Positions 54,236-63,303 of a stretch of 64,000 bases of DNA are shown here, one piece after another. The stretch is from an uncultured Gammaproteobacteria bacterium (GTDB lineage: Bacteria > Pseudomonadota > Gammaproteobacteria > UBA9214): positions 38,737 to 102,736 of the forward strand of contig CAVVHS010000004.1 of assembly GCA_963748215.1 (NCBI GenBank), given 5' to 3'. Position numbers and translations under genes: made by a program. Position 1 is the first letter of the stretch. Each line of letters opens with the position of its first letter. The notes under the pieces are model-generated. The model did not search any database and was not told the origin of the DNA. It saw only the letters and a program-made list of their open reading frames with translations.

Positions 54236-54299
54236 AGGGTGCGTATTGTAGCGTGACACGACGGATGCGGCCCGCGTATGAAGATCTACAACCATTCTT

Positions 54300-54830
54300 C
54301 GCATGCCTGCGCTCCTACCCCGATATACGTTGTAGGGTGCACTCCGTGCACCGTGGCCGGTGCGTAAAACGCACCCTACGGTCCATCATGCATTAATTTT
54401 TCCGCGTTCTTCCGTGGATTCCGTGGCCATATCATCGCGCATGAGATGCGCTCCTACCCCAATAGACGGTGTAGGGTGCACTCCGTGCACCGTCGCCGGT
54501 GCGTAAAACGCACCCTACGCCCCATCATGCATCAATTTTTTCCGTGTTCTTCCGTGGATTCCGTGGCCATATCATCGCGCATGAGATGCGCTCCTACACC
54601 CAAACGATGCTCCTGTAGGAGCGGATCCCATCCGCGATCATTTTTAACACCCAATCGCGCATGAGATGCGCTCCTACCCCGATATACGTTGTAGGGTGCA
54701 CTCCGTGCACCGTGGCCGGTGCGTAAAACGCACCCTAACGGTCCCTGATCAATGAACGCGCAGGAGAGGACGCGGTCCGCGAACGAATCTGCCGCCGATC
54801 TTCGCACATGAGATACGCTCTTACCCCCAA
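54300..54830. repeat. Periodic BIME-like array (REP-A arm, REP-B doublet, repeat C; period about 140 bp)
   Basis: REP-B doublets at about 54332, 54471 and 54691; C followed by REP-A at about 54397 and 54536. Confidence 0.9.
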
Positions 54831-54881
54831 TAGCATCTTTCCCTGCTTGTATTCGGCACGGCAAAGGTAATAATAGGCGCC

Positions 54882-55835
54882 ATGTCGAATACCCCCCTGG
54901 TACACGCCGCAAACCTGTACCGCTATTACAGCCAGACCTGTGCGGTCGACAACGTCAGCTTCGACCTCGCACGCGGCGACGTGCTCGGCTTCCTCGGCCC
55001 GAACGGTGCCGGCAAGTCGACCACCATGCAGATGCTGACCGGCAACCTGGCACCCAGCGCCGGAGAGATTGACATCCTCGGCATCGACCTGCTGGATGCA
55101 CCCAAGCGCGCCAAGTGCGAGATCGGCTACCTGCCGGAACAGCCGCCGGTTTACCGCGAACTGACCGTCGATGAATACCTCGGCTATTGCGCGAAACTCA
55201 ACCGCATCGAGCGCAACCGCCGGCAGGCGGCCATCGACACCGCCAAGGAACGCTGCGGGCTGACCGCGGTCGGCCGGCGCCTGATCGGCAACCTGTCCAA
55301 GGGCTACCAGCAACGCGTCGGCATCGCGCAGGCGATCATCCACACGCCGGCGGTGGTGATCCTCGACGAACCCACGGTCGGCCTCGACCCGCTGCAGATC
55401 CGCGAAATCCGCGCCCTGATACGCGAACTCGGCAAGGAGCATGGCATCGTCCTGTCCACGCACATACTCCCCGAGGTGCAGGCCACCTGCAATCGCGTGC
55501 AGATCATCAACCGCGGCCGGCTGGTGTTCTCCGAGACCATCGCCAACCTGGACGAGCGCCTGCACGCGACCTCGCTGCTGGCACGCTTCAACACGACCCC
55601 GGACATCGCCGCCCTGCAGCGGCTGCCCGGCGTAACCGGCGTCGACTATCTGGACGATGACCACGTGCGCCTCCACCACGGCGGCGACGACCCGTCCGAG
55701 GCGCTGGTCGAACAATCCGTTGCCGCCGGCTGGCGACTGGTGGAACTGGCGCCCGAGCGCAGCACGCTGGAACAGATCTTCATTGACCTGACCACGGCCG
55801 ACGTCGCCACGGACCGCAGCGGGGAGGCCGCCTGA
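54882..55835 (+). CDS. ABC transporter ATP-binding protein (GldA-like)
   Basis: GPNGAGKST, IGYLPE, LSKGYQQRVG, ILDEPTVGLDP. Confidence 0.92.
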   Translation: MSNTPLVHAANLYRYYSQTCAVDNVSFDLARGDVLGFLGPNGAGKSTTMQMLTGNLAPSAGEIDILGIDLLDAPKRAKCEIGYLPEQPPVYRELTVDEYLGYCAKLNRIERNRRQAAIDTAKERCGLTAVGRRLIGNLSKGYQQRVGIAQAIIHTPAVVILDEPTVGLDPLQIREIRALIRELGKEHGIVLSTHILPEVQATCNRVQIINRGRLVFSETIANLDERLHATSLLARFNTTPDIAALQRLPGVTGVDYLDDDHVRLHHGGDDPSEALVEQSVAAGWRLVELAPERSTLEQIFIDLTTADVATDRSGEAA

Positions 55836-56587
55836 TGATCCTGACCATCGCCGCACGCGAACTGCGCAGCCTGTTCCTGTCGCCGCTGGCGTGGGCAATC
55901 CTCGCGGTGACGCAGGGCATTCTCGCCTTCCAGTTCCTGTCCTACATCGAGCAGTACGTGACCATCCAGCCGCAGCTGGCCGCGCTGGAGGGCGCGCCGG
56001 GCATCGCCGACATGATCATCGCCCCGCTCTACGCGGACGCCGCCATCGTGCTGCTGCTGATCACACCGCTCGTCACCATGCGCGTGCTCAGCGAGGAACG
56101 CCGCAATCGCACGCTCAGCCTGCTGTTCTCGGCACCGGTATCGATGAGCGAGATCGTGTTCGGCAAGTACCTCGGCGTGCTCGGCTTCTTCCTGGTGATG
56201 GTCGCCATGCTGACGCTGATGCCACTGTCGCTGCTGGCCGGCACCGACCTGGACCTCGGCAAGCTGGCGTCCTGCATCTTCGCGCTGGTGCTGGTGCTGT
56301 CGGCGTTCGCCGCCATCGGCGTGTACATGTCATCGCTTACCCAGCAGCCCACGGTCGCCGCCGTCACCACCTTCGGCCTGCTGTTGCTGCTGTGGATCAT
56401 CGACAAGGGGGCCACGGCGGCCGATGACGGCAGCGGGGTACTGGCGTACCTGTCCATGCTGACGCACTACGACCCGCTGCTGAAGGGCCTGTTCAACAGC
56501 ATGGACGTCAGCTACTACCTGCTGGTCATCGTCCTGTTCATCGGCTTCACCATCCGCCGCCTCGACAGCATGCGGCTGCAGAATTAG
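55835..56587 (+). CDS. ABC-2 permease (GldF-like)
   Basis: RELRSLFLSPLAW, TMRVLSEERR, IVFGKYL. Confidence 0.9.
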   Translation: MILTIAARELRSLFLSPLAWAILAVTQGILAFQFLSYIEQYVTIQPQLAALEGAPGIADMIIAPLYADAAIVLLLITPLVTMRVLSEERRNRTLSLLFSAPVSMSEIVFGKYLGVLGFFLVMVAMLTLMPLSLLAGTDLDLGKLASCIFALVLVLSAFAAIGVYMSSLTQQPTVAAVTTFGLLLLLWIIDKGATAADDGSGVLAYLSMLTHYDPLLKGLFNSMDVSYYLLVIVLFIGFTIRRLDSMRLQN

Positions 56588-57039
56588 CCCGCATTTCTCA
56601 CCGGGCGGCGGTGGCAGGACGGCATAAAGAGTTAAATCATGAAAGCGATACAAACTTGGCAACAAACAGCGTGTATTTTGGCAGCGCCTATCCCGGCCCT
56701 GGCTGGTCCTCGCGCGCCTGTACTTGCGATGTACAGGGATGTACAAGTGCCGCGTGAGGCAGGAAGCCGTGAGCGGCCTCTTCAGTCTAGTGGTAGCTAC
56801 GGCCGCATCGCTCCGAGGGGCGGAAGAGGGGCCCCGCCACGCAGCGATGGGGATCTGACCCCCGGTGGAGCGAAGATCCGCGGCGGTACTCGAAGCGATG
56901 TTCCGCTCACCGGCGGTCGCATCCCCGGCTGCGCCGGGGCCCCTGCTCTGCGCCTCGAGCGGATCTTTCCTTCCAGAGCGGCGTCCAGTCACACGAGTCC
57001 TGCGCCAGCATCCGGGATCCCGGTGAGAAATGCGGGCTA
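56585..57039. mobile_element. MITE family E, 455-bp copy containing the 51-bp insert (56728-56778)
   Basis: Perfect 21-bp TIR TAGCCCGCATTTCTCACCGGG; begins on the TAG stop of the permease. Confidence 0.9.
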
Positions 57040-57042
57040 CCG

Positions 57043-58398
57043 ATGAAAATCTCGCAGCACATCCGTAACCGGTTGCGCCTGCAGGGCGTGCTGTTCACCC
57101 TGCTGTTCGTCGGCGTGGTCGGCATGCTCGCCTGGGTGAGCACGCAGTACGTCTACCAGGCGGACTGGACCGCGGGCGCACGCAACACTATCTCCGGGGA
57201 TACGCACAAGCTGCTCGCCAATCTCGACGCGCCGGTCAATATCACCGCCTACGTCGGCCCGGACCCGCTGCTGCGTCAGCAGATACGCGACCTGGTCGGC
57301 AGCTACCAGCGCTTCAAGTCCGACATCACGCTGGAGTTCATCAACCCGGACACTGTGCCGGAACAGGTGCGCGAACTCGGCATCACCCGCGGCGGCGCCA
57401 TCGTCGTCAGCTACCGCGGCGCCAGCGAAAACATCAAGACGCTGGGCGAGCAGCACCTCAGCAATGCGCTGCTGCGCCTGTCGCGCCAGCAGGAACGCTG
57501 GATCGTCTTCGTCAGCGGCCACGGCGAGCGCCCGCCGGGTGGCGACACCAATTTTGGCATGGGACAGTTCGGTGCGGAACTGGAACGCAAGGGTCTCAGG
57601 ATACAGACCGTCAACCTCGCCGAGAACACGGTCCCGGCCAATACCAGCGTGCTGGTGCTGGCCAGCCCGCGCGTGGAACTGCTGCCCGGCGAGGTTGCCG
57701 CCCTGCAGGACTACCTCTCGCGCGGCGGCAACCTGCTGTGGTTGACCGAACCCGATGGACCCCGCAGCCTGACACCGCTGGCCGACGACCTCGGCATTCT
57801 CGCGCTGCCCGGCCGCGTGGTGGATGCGACCAGCGCGATGTTCGGCGTGGAAAACCCGAGCTTCGTCGTGGTGACCGGCTACCCGAATCACCCGGTCACG
57901 CGCGAAATGTCCATGGTCAGCGTCTACCCGGAGGCGGTCGCGCTGGAGATAAACGACACCACGCAGTGGCACGCGGTCCCGTTGCTGACCACGCTGGCAC
58001 GCTCGTGGACGGAACTCGGTGCACTCGAAGGCGAGATCCAGTTCGACCCGGGCACGGACGAACGCGCCGGACCGCTCGACATCGGGGTCGCGCTGGTGCG
58101 CAGCAAACCGGGCGGCAATGACGGCGACGAACAACGCACCGTAGTTGTCGGTGACGGCGATTTCCTGTCCAACACCTACCTGGGCAATGCCGGCAACCTG
58201 GACCTCGGACTCAACCTCATCACCTGGCTGAGTCACGACGACGCCTTCATGGACATCCGCGTACGCGGCGCACCCGACACCGCACTGGTGATGGGGCCCG
58301 CCACCATGGCTGTCATCGGCCTCGGCTTCCTGGTCGGCCTGCCGCTGCTGTTGCTGGTGGCGGGGCTGGTCATCTGGCTGCGCCGCCGGCGGCGCTAG
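57043..58398 (+). CDS. GldG-like ABC transporter auxiliary component
   Basis: [33 protein letters not shown]-terminal TM followed by WLRRRRR. Confidence 0.85.
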   Translation: MKISQHIRNRLRLQGVLFTLLFVGVVGMLAWVSTQYVYQADWTAGARNTISGDTHKLLANLDAPVNITAYVGPDPLLRQQIRDLVGSYQRFKSDITLEFINPDTVPEQVRELGITRGGAIVVSYRGASENIKTLGEQHLSNALLRLSRQQERWIVFVSGHGERPPGGDTNFGMGQFGAELERKGLRIQTVNLAENTVPANTSVLVLASPRVELLPGEVAALQDYLSRGGNLLWLTEPDGPRSLTPLADDLGILALPGRVVDATSAMFGVENPSFVVVTGYPNHPVTREMSMVSVYPEAVALEINDTTQWHAVPLLTTLARSWTELGALEGEIQFDPGTDERAGPLDIGVALVRSKPGGNDGDEQRTVVVGDGDFLSNTYLGNAGNLDLGLNLITWLSHDDAFMDIRVRGAPDTALVMGPATMAVIGLGFLVGLPLLLLVAGLVIWLRRRRR

Positions 58399-58521
58399 CC
58401 CGCCTGTCTCAGGGGGCGGCGGTGGCACGACATAATGAGCTGACATCATGAGAGCGATACAGCTACGGCGACAAACAGTGTGTGTTACGGCAGCGCCTGT
58501 CCCGGCGGGAAATGCGGGTTA
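58396..58521. mobile_element. MITE family E, short 126-bp copy
   Basis: Degenerate TIRs TAGCCCGC.. / ..AAATGCGGGTTA; interior aligns with 56585-56696; begins on a TAG stop. Confidence 0.78.
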
Positions 58522-58528
58522 GCCGACG

Positions 58529-59416
58529 ATGTCGACCCGTACCCTCCTCAACCTGGCACTGGCCGTCATCGCCCTCGGGCTGGCCGCACTGATCTGGCTG
58601 CGCCCTGGCCTGGAACGCGACAGCGGGTCACAGGCCATTACCGGCATCGATCCACAACAGGTCAGCATGATCGAACTGACGCGCAGCGCTGCCGTGCCAC
58701 TCACCTTCAGCCGGCACGACGGGCACTGGCTGATCGACGGCGCCACTGCCATCCCGGCCGATGATTTCCAGGTGCATACCGTGCTGGCACTGCTGGAAGC
58801 GCCCGGCATTCGCAGCTATCCGGCCAACCCGCTCGACCTCGCGGCCCTGGGTCTGGACCCGCCACAGGCCGGCGTGCGCTTCGACGCCACGCAAATCGAC
58901 CTCGGCAATACCGAGGCTATCGAGGGCCTGCGCTACGTCAGGCTCGGCGCAATGGTTTACCTGGTCGAGGACAACTACGCGCACCTGCTCAACGCCGGCC
59001 TCGCCAATTTTGCCAGCCGCCGCCTGTTGCCACAGGAAGCAACGATTGTCGGGCTCGAACTGCCCGGCCTGAAGTTGACGCGCAGCGATGACGTGCACTG
59101 GCAAATGGACCCCGCGCAGCCCGACACCTCCGCCGATGCCATCGAGCAGCTGGTGCAGAACTGGCAGCGGGCGAGCGCACTGTACGTACGCCGCTACGAA
59201 CCCGGCGAGCACCCCGACACCATCCGCGTGACACTCAAGGACGCCGACGCACCCGTCGAGTTTCGCATCGTCGCACGCGAACCCGACCTGGTACTGGCGC
59301 GGACTGACCGGGGTCTCCAGTATCACCTCACCGGTGATGTCGGGGCGGGATTGCTGGCCCTGCCGGAGTCACCGACTGAATCTGAGCAGTCACCTGCAGT
59401 GTCTGTGCATGAATAG
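58529..59416 (+). CDS. DUF4340-like protein of the Gld-type ABC operon
   Basis: N-terminal TM, LAALGLDPP, RYVR; operon position. Confidence 0.72.
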   Translation: MSTRTLLNLALAVIALGLAALIWLRPGLERDSGSQAITGIDPQQVSMIELTRSAAVPLTFSRHDGHWLIDGATAIPADDFQVHTVLALLEAPGIRSYPANPLDLAALGLDPPQAGVRFDATQIDLGNTEAIEGLRYVRLGAMVYLVEDNYAHLLNAGLANFASRRLLPQEATIVGLELPGLKLTRSDDVHWQMDPAQPDTSADAIEQLVQNWQRASALYVRRYEPGEHPDTIRVTLKDADAPVEFRIVAREPDLVLARTDRGLQYHLTGDVGAGLLALPESPTESEQSPAVSVHE

Positions 59417-59424
59417 TCAGTGCG

Positions 59425-59910
59425 TCAGGTTTCGCCCTGAAGGGCGAGGTACTTTTCTTTGCTCCGCCAAAGAAAAGTACCCAAAAGAAAGGCGGTCCCG
59501 AAGGCTTGCCCGGAAAGTCATCCATGATGACTTTCCGGGTTCCCTGCGCTTCTCGCCGCTTTGGGCGCTCGCCGAACTCGCAGGATTTGCCGCGCCTTCC
59601 GGCTAGCAAATCCAGCTCGACACGGCGGCTCGCTTGATCCCAAACCGACTGCGATGCTCAGCGGCGCCTGACGGGAGTTCGTGGTGCAACCCCTAACCCC
59701 GTTACCCGCGCCGAGTACCGCAGCCAAGCCGGGATACAGGCGCGAACCCTGTTCGAGGCAAGCCGGAGCGGGATTGGCGAGGGACGCAGGGCAAGGCTGC
59801 GAAGCGGCCTTGTAGTACATCCCGGCGTGGGCATCGGGTGCCCTTCTCTTTGGGTACTTTCTCTTGGACACGCAAGAGAAAGTACCTCGCCCTTCAGGGC
59901 GAAACCCTGA
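59425..59910. mobile_element. About 486-bp non-coding element with about 65-bp self-folding terminal inverted repeats
   Basis: GTTTCGCCCTGAAGGGCGAGGTACTTT..AAAGTACCCAAA at both ends in inverted orientation; internal palindrome near 59509-59540. Confidence 0.8.
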
Positions 59911-59977
59911 TTCAAACAAACGCACTCAGGCAAATCTGCCTATAATCTGCGACATCAATGCATAACGACCACGCACC

Positions 59978-60793
59978 ATGCCCGAACTCCCCGAAGTCGA
60001 AACCACCCGCCGCGGCATCGCGCCGCACGTCACCGACCAGCGGATCACTGACGTCGTTGTGCGCAACCGCAACTTGCGCTGGAGGGTGGCGCCGAAGCTC
60101 GAAGCAACGCTTGCCGGGCAGACCATCCGCCACGTCGGACGCCGCGCCAAGTACCTGCTGCTGGAGACGGACAGCGGCACGCTCATCCTGCACCTGGGGA
60201 TGTCCGGCAGCCTGCGCATTATCGATGTGGGTGCGCCGGTGGCCAAACACGATCACGTCGACCTGGCGCTCGGCAATGGCAAGGCGCTGCGCTTCACCGA
60301 CCCGCGGCGCTTCGGCAGCCTGCACTGGACCACGCGCGACCCACTCCAGCACCGACTGTTGCGGGAACTCGGTGTCGAGCCGCTGGGTTACGAACTGACC
60401 GGTGCGTATCTCTACGAACGTTCGCGAGGACGCAAGCTCGCCATCAAGCAGTTCATCATGGACAGTCACATCGTGGTCGGCATCGGCAACATCTACGCCT
60501 CCGAGGCACTGTACATGGCCGGCATCAACCCGCGGCGCGCCGCCGGCCGCGTCAGCCGGCAAAAATATGCACTGCTCGCGGAAGTCATCAGGGAGGTGCT
60601 CACCGACGCCATCGCCGCCGGCGGCACCACGCTGCGCGACTTCGTCAACGGTGAAGGCAAACCCGGCTATTTCAGGCAGCACCTGAACGTCTATGGCAAG
60701 GCCGGCGAGCCCTGCATCAGCTGCCGCATGGCGATCCGGGAAATCCGCCAGGGCCAGCGCACGACGTTCTATTGCCCGAAGTGCCAGAAGTGA
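59978..60793 (+). CDS. mutM: Formamidopyrimidine-DNA glycosylase
   Basis: MPELPEVET, HLGMSG, DPRRFG, GIGNIYASE, C-terminal zinc finger. Confidence 0.97.
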   Translation: MPELPEVETTRRGIAPHVTDQRITDVVVRNRNLRWRVAPKLEATLAGQTIRHVGRRAKYLLLETDSGTLILHLGMSGSLRIIDVGAPVAKHDHVDLALGNGKALRFTDPRRFGSLHWTTRDPLQHRLLRELGVEPLGYELTGAYLYERSRGRKLAIKQFIMDSHIVVGIGNIYASEALYMAGINPRRAAGRVSRQKYALLAEVIREVLTDAIAAGGTTLRDFVNGEGKPGYFRQHLNVYGKAGEPCISCRMAIREIRQGQRTTFYCPKCQK

Positions 60794-61039
60794 GCGACGC
60801 ACACCAATACATTCGGGTTAGCCAACCCGACGTCCGGTTGGCATAGGGTATGGATACGGAATCCTGTTCAACACTCGGGATACCCGACAGACAGCGGCCT
60901 CCGGACTTGCGGCATCCCGCCTGCTACCAGGTGTAACACATGCAACCAGCCAGACGCTTTTGTGATGCGATTGAATCTCCATAACACTCAAACAGGTATA
61001 CAGCTTGTTGATTTATTTATAACCTGGCGAATGTTATGG

Positions 61040-61093
61040 TCAACCAATATCCATTTCAACACGACCATTCGTTCGCCGAATTGTAGTTAGAGC
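61040..61093 (+). other. Putative integron attI-like site
   Basis: GTTAGAGC core (61086-61093) with no attC palindrome upstream; complementary to GCTCTAAC of the next attC. Confidence 0.55.
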
Positions 61094-61117
61094 TTCACTA
61101 GAAAAGGAGCAAGAATC

Positions 61118-61384
61118 TTGAAAAAGATATTGTTGCTAGCTTTAGTAGCTTTTGTTGCGTGGGGCTATTACACAAAAAATGGGGGAGCCTTACCTGCCAT
61201 TATGCAATCTAGCAAATCTACTTCAGACATTAAGTATCAGAATAATTACAAATGTGATGGTCGCCAGCATTGTAGCCAGATGAGCTCATATGAAGAGGCG
61301 AAATACTTCATTGATAACTGTCCAAACACAAAAATGGATGGTGATAATGATGGCATACCCTGTGAAAGACAATTTGGTCGCTAG
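61118..61384 (+). CDS. Excalibur calcium-binding domain protein (cassette 1)
   Basis: CDGRQHCSQMSS..EA..CP..KMDGDNDGIPCE; AT-rich. Confidence 0.85.
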   Translation: MKKILLLALVAFVAWGYYTKNGGALPAIMQSSKSTSDIKYQNNYKCDGRQHCSQMSSYEEAKYFIDNCPNTKMDGDNDGIPCERQFGR

Positions 61385-61398
61385 CATGGTGGAAAGAA

Positions 61399-61460
61399 GC
61401 TCTAACACATCAGCCCAGTCCGACGCGCTGACGCGCGCGGCTGGCTTACAACGTTAGGGC
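61399..61460 (+). other. attC site 1
   Basis: GCTCTAAC...imperfect palindrome with bulged bases...GTTAGGGC, 62 bp. Confidence 0.85.
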
Positions 61461-61466
61461 GCAAGC

Positions 61467-61678
61467 ATGCTCATTGCCGCTGCCACCTTGCTCTTTCTCA
61501 CCGGAGTCGCTCATTCCTATCTCGGCGAGCGCTACATCCTCATGCGTCTCTTTCGTCTAGACAACCTGCCTCAGCTCTTTGGCGGCACATCTTTCACCAC
61601 GGGCACTCTTCGCTTCGTCTGGCACCTAACTACGGTTGCATGGTGGGGGCTCGGCTATATAGCGATTGCGGCAGGTAG
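61467..61678 (+). pseudogene. Membrane-protein cassette gene, 3'-truncated (cassette 2)
   Basis: HSYLGERYIL.RLF..GTLRFVWHLTTVAWWG runs directly into IS sequence. Confidence 0.65.
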
Positions 61679-62667
61679 CCAGTCGCTTTTTTGTCCGAGC
61701 GTTTGGGTGTGAGCCGCAGCATTGAGCGGGCGCCGTGGACCAGCAGTTTTCTAAGATAACTGTCGCCCCGTTTGCTGATACCAAAGCGTTTATATTTACC
61801 GCCACTGCTGTGCTCTCGGGGAGTGAGTCCCAGCCAGGCGGCGAACTGGCGGCCGTTCTTGAACACGGTGGCATCGCCGACGGTGGCCACCAGTGCAGTG
61901 GCTGTCAGTGGGCCGATCCCTTCCAGTGCCAGCAAGCGCTGGCAGACGGCATCGTTTTTGGCCCAGGCATTAATCTGGGTGTCATAGCCCTGCAGCTGGG
62001 TATCGATAAAGTCGAGCTGCTGATAGAGGTTGGCAAACAACTCACGTGCCAGCGCAGGCAGGTCATTCTCGGCATCTTCCAGAATGCCGGGCAGGTGGCG
62101 GCGCAATGCGCCGGCACCCTCGGGCATAATCAGGCCAAACTCTGCCAACAGGCCCCGGACCTGGTTGATCAGTGCGGTGCGCTCGCTTTTGACCCGCTCG
62201 CGTATACGATGCACCATGAGCAGGGCCTGCTGCTCTGTGGTCTTGATGGGGACGAAGCGCATATCAGAGCGGGTGACAGCCTCGCAGATGGCCATGGCAT
62301 CATTACCATCGGTCTTATTGCCTTTCCGGTAGGGGGTAACGAACTGTGGCGAGATCAGTTTGACGTTATGCCCGAAGCCCTGGAGCTGGCGCGCCCAATG
62401 ATGGGCGCTGCCGCAGACTTCCATGCCAATGAGGCAGGGATCGAGGTTGGCGAAGAAGCGGAGCATTTGTCCGCGACTCAGAGTCTTACACAGTTTGACC
62501 TGTCCCTGATCATCAACGCCATGCAGCTGAAAAACAGACTTTGCCAAATCAATTCCGATGGTAGTAAGGTTCATGTATGGACTCCTTTTCTTCGATGATT
62601 GCATGTAGACACACTTCAATCTGGCACATTGTGATGCCGAGTAGAAGGGAAGGAGTCCGTACCATTA
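61676..62667 (-). mobile_element. IS110-family (IS1111-type) element, right end deleted; transposase starts at 62574
   Basis: IGIDLAKSVFQ, MEVCG, KTDGNDA, GIGPLTA, WLGLTP..SSGG, SKRGD.YLR; C-terminal ANK.AR region missing; left end TAATGGTACGGACTCC. Confidence 0.88.
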
Positions 62668-62734
62668 CAATCAAGTCGTTCGCATCGCTCACTGCGATGT
62701 CACCGTGCGGCGCGCCTTATTGTGGACGCTAGGT
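62667..62734 (+). other. attC site 2 (interrupted by the IS, degenerate core GCTAGGT)
   Basis: ACAAT(C)AAG pairs with CTTATTGT with one bulged base. Confidence 0.7.
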
Positions 62735-62751
62735 GGATTAAAGCTTTCTAG

Positions 62752-63222
62752 ATGAACATATTCGTACTAGATAACGATATAGAAAAATGCGCACAGTATC
62801 ATTGCGACCAGCACGTCGTGAAAATGATACTTGAAAGTGTGCAGATGTTATGCACAGCACTAAATAAAAAAGGATTTACTACACCCTATAAGTCTACTCA
62901 CATGAAACACCCTTGCGTACTCTGGGTGGAACAGTCTTTTGGGAATTTTTCCTGGCTAAAAAATCTTGCTCTCGCGTTAAATACCGAATACCGATACAGA
63001 TTCGAAAAAGATTCCGATCATAGTTCAATATTTGTTCTCAACGAGATATCAAACTACAGATACGGCAATCAGGGATTAACTGAATTCGCTCAAGCGATGC
63101 CAGAAAAATACAAGGTTCCGGGAGACGCGGTTAAAGCATACAGACAGTTTTATCTAGGTGAAAAGATGGGATTTGCCAAATGGACTAAAAGAAGTGCTCC
63201 TGATTGGACGCACGGATTTTAA
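62752..63222 (+). CDS. Pyrimidine dimer DNA glycosylase/endonuclease V-like protein (cassette 3)
   Basis: MNIFVLD..CAQYHCDQHVVKMILESVQML, H..HPC..W, AMP, AYRQFY; AT-rich. Confidence 0.75.
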   Translation: MNIFVLDNDIEKCAQYHCDQHVVKMILESVQMLCTALNKKGFTTPYKSTHMKHPCVLWVEQSFGNFSWLKNLALALNTEYRYRFEKDSDHSSIFVLNEISNYRYGNQGLTEFAQAMPEKYKVPGDAVKAYRQFYLGEKMGFAKWTKRSAPDWTHGF

Positions 63223-63236
63223 CGATACAAGAAACC

Positions 63237-63284
63237 AGCTAACAAACGCATGCAGGATGACAAAATGGACGCGTAGCGTTAGGC
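63237..63284 (+). other. attC site 3 (short, internally deleted)
   Basis: AGCTAAC...GTTAGGC, 48 bp, weak central stem. Confidence 0.6.
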
Positions 63285-63303
63285 GTAACAAGAAGGAAAA
63301 ACC

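Noticed and set aside
54300-54830. Periodic array as CRISPR
   Set aside because: The intervening segments are near-identical REP units, not unique spacers.
56330-57046. ORFs with similar peptides at 23645, 42450, 51762, 56330 and 59328 as a gene family
   Set aside because: They are translations of the non-coding repeats; frames and starts are not conserved between copies.
60794-61040. intI remnant between mutM and the attI-like site
   Set aside because: The short minus-strand ORF shows no recognisable tyrosine-recombinase motif.
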